NCBI GenBank assembly: GCA_963729625.1
Contig: CAVSOU010000007.1
Coordinates: 320,001 to 384,000, forward strand
DNA length: 64,000 nt
Origin: an uncultured bacterium
GTDB taxonomy: Bacteria; Chloroflexota; UBA5177; JANWHV01
Direction of reading: 5' to 3'
Within the stretch, counting starts at the first letter, position 1, and every line of letters begins with the position of its first letter. A program made the translations under genes and the position numbers. Shown one piece after another: positions 59,211 to 64,000 of this stretch. The notes below the pieces were generated by a model. That model was given only the letters and a program-made list of their open reading frames with translations. It searched no databases and had not been told where the DNA came from.

Positions 59211-61033
59211 GCGTCGAGGGCGCCCTGGATCGCCGTCGTGCAATCGGTCGCTACAATCTGCTTGCACACCTCGACGAAGAGGAATCCGGTCGGCTCAGCT
59301 GGAGCCTGGTGCGGAACTTCGGCAAGTATGCCATGCCGTACCGGGCCGCCGCCATCGGCAGCGCGCTCCTCATGCTCCTGTTCACCGCCGCTAACCTGGC
59401 AAACCCGTATCTCATCGGCCTTGCTATCGATCGCTATATCGATCGTGGCGACCTTGGCGGCCTCAGCGTCATATGCATCTGCCTGCTTGTTGTCAGTGTC
59501 GTGCAGTGGCTGGCCCAGTATTGGCAGGTGTGGACAATGTCCTGGGCCGGCCAGGGCATGCTGTACAGCCTCAGCGCCGAAATGTTCGCGCACCTGCAAC
59601 GGCTATCGCTGAGCTTCTATGATCGGACCGAAGTCGGTCGCGTCATGTCGAGGCTGCAGAGCGATATCGCCGTCCTTGAGACGATGCTGAGCTCGGGGCT
59701 GCTCTCCATTCTGGGATCTTTGGTCGCGCTCGTCGGGATCGTCGGCATCATGATCAGCATGAGCCCTCTGTTGGCGCTCCTCAGCTTCGCGGTTCTCCCA
59801 GTCATGTTTGCAATCGCCGCGTTCTGGCAGCGTTTCGCCCAGCGATCATTCCGGCGGACACGTGCGGCGATCTCGCTAGTCAACTCTACTTTGCAGGAAA
59901 ACATCTCCGGCATGCGCGTGATCCAGAGTCTGGCGCGTGAGGAGCGGAATAGGGCCGAATTCGACGACCTCAACAGGTACAATCTGGACACAAACCTTGA
60001 GGCCAGCCGCGTGTCCGCGTTGATCCTTCCCCTCGTGGAAGTGGTCGCTGCGGTGGCGATCGCCTTGGTGGTCGTCTATGGTGGCATCCTGGTCTCGGAC
60101 GGGCGGCTGGAAGTGGGTGTCCTGGTAGCGTTCACGCTCTATATCAATCGCTTCTTCGATCCGATCCGCGATCTGAGCCAGCAGTACACGCAGCTTCAGC
60201 GCTCCGGCGTGGCACTGGAGCGCATTAATCAGATCCTGGACATGAAAGTCGAGGTGACCGATAAGCCGGGCGCCCTCGACCTGCCAAGCGTCGCGGGCAT
60301 GGTCGAGTTCCGGCACGTAGCGTTCGGGTACGAGCCGGACGTTCCGGTCCTGCGCGACTTCGACCTGCGCATCGAGGCAGGTCGAACGGTGGCGATCGTG
60401 GGTCCTACCGGCGCCGGCAAGAGCACCATCGCCGGTCTGCTGCAGCGCTTCTATGACATTCAGGGCGGTCAGATCACGATCGATGGAATCGATGTGCGCG
60501 ATGTCACGCAGCATTCGTTGCGCAGCCAGATCGGCATGGTGCTGCAAGAGCCGTTTCTGTTCTTCGGCAGCATACGCGACAATATCCGCTATGGGAGACT
60601 CGAGGCGACCGACGTCGAGGTCGAGGAAGCGGCGCGCGCGGTGGGCGCGCATGAGCTGATACTGCATCTTCCCGCGGGCTATGACACGCCAATCCGCGAG
60701 CGCGGGCAGAACCTCAGCGTGGGGCAGCGGCAACTGATCTCATTCGCTCGAGCGCTCCTTGCCGACCCGCGTGTGCTGATACTCGACGAAGCTACCGCCA
60801 GCATCGACACGCTCACAGAGCTTCTGGTCCAGCAAGGACTGCGGCGCCTGCTGCATGGCCGCACGGCATTGGTCATCGCGCACCGCCTCTCCACGATCAA
60901 GAACGCCGACGTGATCGTCGTGCTGCAGGCCGGGAGAATCGTGGAGATGGGTACCCACGCGGAGTTGCTCGCGCGCGGCGGCGCCTATGCCTCGCTGTAC
61001 GCGATGGGTTTCCGCCACGCCTCCCTGGTATGA
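59207..61033 (+). CDS. ABC exporter TMD-NBD subunit 2
   Basis: GPTGAGKS, LSVGQ, ILDEAT and IAHRL; ATGA overlap with subunit 1. Confidence 0.92.
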   Translation: MSVEGALDRRRAIGRYNLLAHLDEEESGRLSWSLVRNFGKYAMPYRAAAIGSALLMLLFTAANLANPYLIGLAIDRYIDRGDLGGLSVICICLLVVSVVQWLAQYWQVWTMSWAGQGMLYSLSAEMFAHLQRLSLSFYDRTEVGRVMSRLQSDIAVLETMLSSGLLSILGSLVALVGIVGIMISMSPLLALLSFAVLPVMFAIAAFWQRFAQRSFRRTRAAISLVNSTLQENISGMRVIQSLAREERNRAEFDDLNRYNLDTNLEASRVSALILPLVEVVAAVAIALVVVYGGILVSDGRLEVGVLVAFTLYINRFFDPIRDLSQQYTQLQRSGVALERINQILDMKVEVTDKPGALDLPSVAGMVEFRHVAFGYEPDVPVLRDFDLRIEAGRTVAIVGPTGAGKSTIAGLLQRFYDIQGGQITIDGIDVRDVTQHSLRSQIGMVLQEPFLFFGSIRDNIRYGRLEATDVEVEEAARAVGAHELILHLPAGYDTPIRERGQNLSVGQRQLISFARALLADPRVLILDEATASIDTLTELLVQQGLRRLLHGRTALVIAHRLSTIKNADVIVVLQAGRIVEMGTHAELLARGGAYASLYAMGFRHASLV

Positions 61034-61228
61034 GGCTACGTGCCGTTGTCACCAACCGTGAAGCACGAATCCGCCACGACGCTCGAACAGGTGCACGTCG
61101 GTTCAACGTGAGGAACGCCCAGCCGATCCACGCACTTTGTAACATTTGTTGTTCACAAGTATACTGGAGGTGTTTGGCGTTTCCCCTTCCTCACCTACCT
61201 GGAGACCCGTGTTTCGCGAGACGACACG

Positions 61229-63043
61229 TTGAGACCTATTGCACCTTCGTCACCACACGACGCCGGGGCGCGTGCGGCAGGGCCGACCGTGCATGCAAGC
61301 GGCCGCGCGCAGAGTGCGACGGCTCCGGCTGGTACGCATCCAGACCGCTACAAGTGGGTGGTGCTGTCCAACACAACGGTTGGGACACTTGTTGCCACGA
61401 TCAATAGCAGCATCCTGCTGATATCGCTTCCGGCGATATTCCGCGGCATTAAGATCGATCCGCTGTCTCCAGGGAATTCGGGCTTCTTGCTTTGGATCCT
61501 GATGGGCTACATGGTGGTCACCGCCACTTTGTTGGTTACTTTTGGCCGCATATCGGACATGTTCGGCCGGGTGCGGATGTACAATCTCGGCTTCGCCATC
61601 TTCACTGTCGGTTCCATGCTGCTGGTAATTACGCCCGGAAGCGGCGCCCAGGCCGCGATGGAGATATTGATCTTCCGATTCATTCAAGGCGTTGGTGGAG
61701 CATTCCTTTTCGCCAACAGCGCGGCACTGCTTACCGATGCGTTCCCCCCGCACGAGCGGGGCCTGGCCATGGGCATCAATCAGATTGCCGCGATCGCCGG
61801 CTCCCTGGGAGGGCTATTGCTCGGCGGCTGGCTCTCGGCGGTGGACTGGCATCTCGTCTTCTTCGTCAACGTGCCATTTGGGTTGCTTGGCACTGCCTGG
61901 GCCGTTCTCAAGCTTCACGAGACGGCCACGCCGCGACGAGGCCAAAAGCTCGACGTTGCCGGCAATCTCACATTTGGGGTCGGTCTCACGGTCCTGCTGA
62001 TCGGCCTCACGTACGGGATCGAGCCATACGGCAGCAACGCGATGGGCTGGGCAAATCCATTCGTGATTGTCTGCATTGCATCGGGGATTGTCCTGCTCGC
62101 GGCTTTTGTTGGCGCCGAACTCCGCGCGCAAGATCCGCTGTTCGACCTGGACCTCTTCAAGATCCGCATGTTCTCCGCCGGCAACCTCAGTGGGTTCCTC
62201 AGCGCTCTGGCACGCGGGGGACTACAGTTCATGCTGATCATCTGGCTTCAAGGCATCTGGCTTCCGCTGCACGGCTATTCATTCGAGGTTACGCCTTTGT
62301 GGGCGGGAATCTACACGATGCCGTTGCTCATCGGGTTTGTCGTGTGCGGCCCTGTCTCCGGATGGCTGTCGGATCGTTATGGATCCCGCGCGTTCGCGAC
62401 TGGCGGCATGGCAATCTCGGCGATAGGCTTCGTCCTGATGACGTTCCTGCCGGGCGACTTCGATCCCTGGATTTTCTTCACGCTACTGCTGTTCATGGGC
62501 GCGGGGATGGGGCTGTTCGCCGCGCCTAACACCACCAGCATCATGAATTCGGTGCCACCGGAGTCGCGAGGCGTGGCTTCCGGCATGCGGGGCACATTCC
62601 TCAACGCCGGCAATATGGTGAGCATGGCCTTCTTCTTTTCGATTCTGACGGCTGGTCTGGCCTCGTCGCTACCCAGCGTCATGTATAACGGGCTCGCGCA
62701 GAACGGCCTTCCGTCCGGGCTCGCACATCGAATTGCCGGCCTTCCACCAATCAGCGTACTGTTCGCGGCATTTCTTGGCGTTAACCCGATGCGCTCGCTC
62801 ATTCCGCACGCGACCGTGGCGCACTTGAGCACGCATACGCAGACCATGCTATTTGGAAATGCATTCTTCCCCCACCTGATTCTGCCCGCGTTCATGGACG
62901 GCCTGCGCATCGCCTTCTATGTCTCGGCCGTGCTCTCGGTCATCGCGGCGGTTGCCTCGCTGCTACGCGGCAAGCACTATGTGCACGGCATTCACAACAT
63001 AAGCGATCCTGCACAAGATCCTGCCGCGTCCCGCGCCTCCTGA
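61229..63043 (+). CDS. MFS transporter, DHA2 (EmrB/QacA-like)
   Basis: About 14 hydrophobic segments, [17 protein letters not shown] and GWLSDRYG. Confidence 0.9.
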   Translation: MRPIAPSSPHDAGARAAGPTVHASGRAQSATAPAGTHPDRYKWVVLSNTTVGTLVATINSSILLISLPAIFRGIKIDPLSPGNSGFLLWILMGYMVVTATLLVTFGRISDMFGRVRMYNLGFAIFTVGSMLLVITPGSGAQAAMEILIFRFIQGVGGAFLFANSAALLTDAFPPHERGLAMGINQIAAIAGSLGGLLLGGWLSAVDWHLVFFVNVPFGLLGTAWAVLKLHETATPRRGQKLDVAGNLTFGVGLTVLLIGLTYGIEPYGSNAMGWANPFVIVCIASGIVLLAAFVGAELRAQDPLFDLDLFKIRMFSAGNLSGFLSALARGGLQFMLIIWLQGIWLPLHGYSFEVTPLWAGIYTMPLLIGFVVCGPVSGWLSDRYGSRAFATGGMAISAIGFVLMTFLPGDFDPWIFFTLLLFMGAGMGLFAAPNTTSIMNSVPPESRGVASGMRGTFLNAGNMVSMAFFFSILTAGLASSLPSVMYNGLAQNGLPSGLAHRIAGLPPISVLFAAFLGVNPMRSLIPHATVAHLSTHTQTMLFGNAFFPHLILPAFMDGLRIAFYVSAVLSVIAAVASLLRGKHYVHGIHNISDPAQDPAASRAS

Positions 63044-63079
63044 CGGTCGGCGGACGGCGCTGGAGCAGGCAGATTCCTC

Positions 63080-64000
63080 TCACGCAGCCGGTGTACCCGC
63101 AGCTGCGCGAGTGCTGGTCGCCGTCGGCGTCATCGTGACCGTGTAGATGCTTGTGGGCGTCCTGGTTGCGGTCGCGGTGGCCGTGCTTGTGCGCGTCGGC
63201 GTGCTGGTTGGCGTGCTCGTTGCGGTGCGAGTGCTGGTCGCCGTCGGCGTCGTCGTGACCGTGTAGGTGCTTGTGGGCGTCCTGGTTGCGGTCGCGGTGG
63301 CCGTGCTTGTGCGCGTCGGCGTGCTGGTTGGCGTGCTCGTTGCGGTGCGAGTACTGGTCGCCGTCGGCGTCTTCGTCAACGTGTAGGTGCTTGTGGGCGT
63401 CCTGGTTGCGGTCGCGGTGGCCGTGCTTGTGCGCGTCGGCGTGCTGGTTGGTGTGCTCGTTGCGGTGCGAGTACTGGTCGCCGTCGGCGTCTTCGTGACC
63501 GTGTAGGTACTTGTCGGCGTCCTGGTTGCGGTCGCGGTGGCCGTGCTTGTGCGCGTCGGCGTGCCGGTTGGCGTGCTCGTGGAGGTGGCTGTCGGGGACG
63601 CAACAGGCCCGCTCGAGCCAACGTTCATCGTGTACGCTTCATCAGAGGCGTTGGCGACGTAATTCCAGGAGAGCTCGGCCCAGCCGTTCAGTCCCCACCA
63701 TGTATCCCACGAGTTCTCGATCCACACGCCTGCGGCGTCGTACTTGGCGGCAAAGATGCCGTGGTAGCCGTATAATGGGCCGCTCGTAGAATCGACCAGG
63801 TGATTGGTCGCGCTCGCATAGTAGAAGCTATTGTAGACGGCGATGCCCAGGACGACGGGGAAGCCGGCGGCCATGGCTGCCTCTATCGCCTGCTGGTCGG
63901 AAGCAAGACTGCCGGTTCCGACGTAAAGCACGTTGTAGCCGAGAATCTTGTTCTGGGCCGCGTTGGCCTTCTCCGACGCAGTTGGTTGGTCCAGGTAGTC
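63080..64000 (-). CDS. Papain-like (C1) cysteine peptidase with Thr-rich C-terminal tail (5' end outside window)
   Basis: Frame is open to 64000. YGYHGIFA and [14 protein letters not shown] supply the catalytic His and Asn motifs. Confidence 0.85.
   Translation of the reverse strand, partial: DYLDQPTASEKANAAQNKILGYNVLYVGTGSLASDQQAIEAAMAAGFPVVLGIAVYNSFYYASATNHLVDSTSGPLYGYHGIFAAKYDAAGVWIENSWDTWWGLNGWAELSWNYVANASDEAYTMNVGSSGPVASPTATSTSTPTGTPTRTSTATATATRTPTSTYTVTKTPTATSTRTATSTPTSTPTRTSTATATATRTPTSTYTLTKTPTATSTRTATSTPTSTPTRTSTATATATRTPTSTYTVTTTPTATSTRTATSTPTSTPTRTSTATATATRTPTSIYTVTMTPTATSTRAAAGTPAA
63105..63581. repeat. About four tandem 120-bp repeats encoding 40-aa Thr/Pro/Ser-rich units
   Basis: Near-identical blocks at 63121, 63241, 63361 and 63481. 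Confidence 0.95.

Noticed and set aside
1-64000. Prophage, IS element, integrase or anti-phage defence island
   Set aside because: No transposase, integrase, phage structural or nuclease genes. dut and the SLOG gene are isolated, and the STAND protein has a DNA-binding output rather than an Avs-type effector.

Overview
High-GC bacterial chromosomal window, probably Chloroflexota-like (inferred from the HoxEFUYH hydrogenase, NHLP-clan microprotein and Thr/Pro-rich tail; no marker gene is present). No rRNA, tRNA, CRISPR array or mobile element is evident. (1) 1-4 kb: housekeeping genes. dut and fumC each carry a 1-nt frameshift near the 5' end. (2) 4.1-10 kb, the best candidate for an undescribed system: a secreted 105-aa precursor made of five diverging 15-aa repeats (ASGITSGPLHVKLNS-like), followed by an NHLP-clan microprotein and an HD-GYP phosphodiesterase. 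These face a divergent 1059-aa MalT-like STAND ATPase-TPR-wHTH-BTAD regulator, which suggests multi-copy peptide signalling coupled to cyclic dinucleotide turnover. (3) About 10.8-57 kb: a hypoxia/fermentation cluster. It contains a DosR-like regulator with two DosS-like heme-GAF kinases, recurring DosR-box-like palindromes, a GNAT/ADP-forming acyl-CoA synthetase, an SQR homolog lacking its catalytic Cys, pgi, a phosphoribosyltransferase and a flavodoxin. It also holds hypFCDE, hdrCBA-mvhDGA (group 3c), hoxEFUYH (group 3d), three maturation proteases, an FprA-like reductase, PFOR with a DHOD-like partner, and a USP. (4) 57-64 kb: a heterodimeric ABC exporter, an MFS pump, and the 3' part of a papain-like protease with a 120-bp tandem-repeat Thr-rich tail. 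All calls come from reading motifs by eye; no database search was run.
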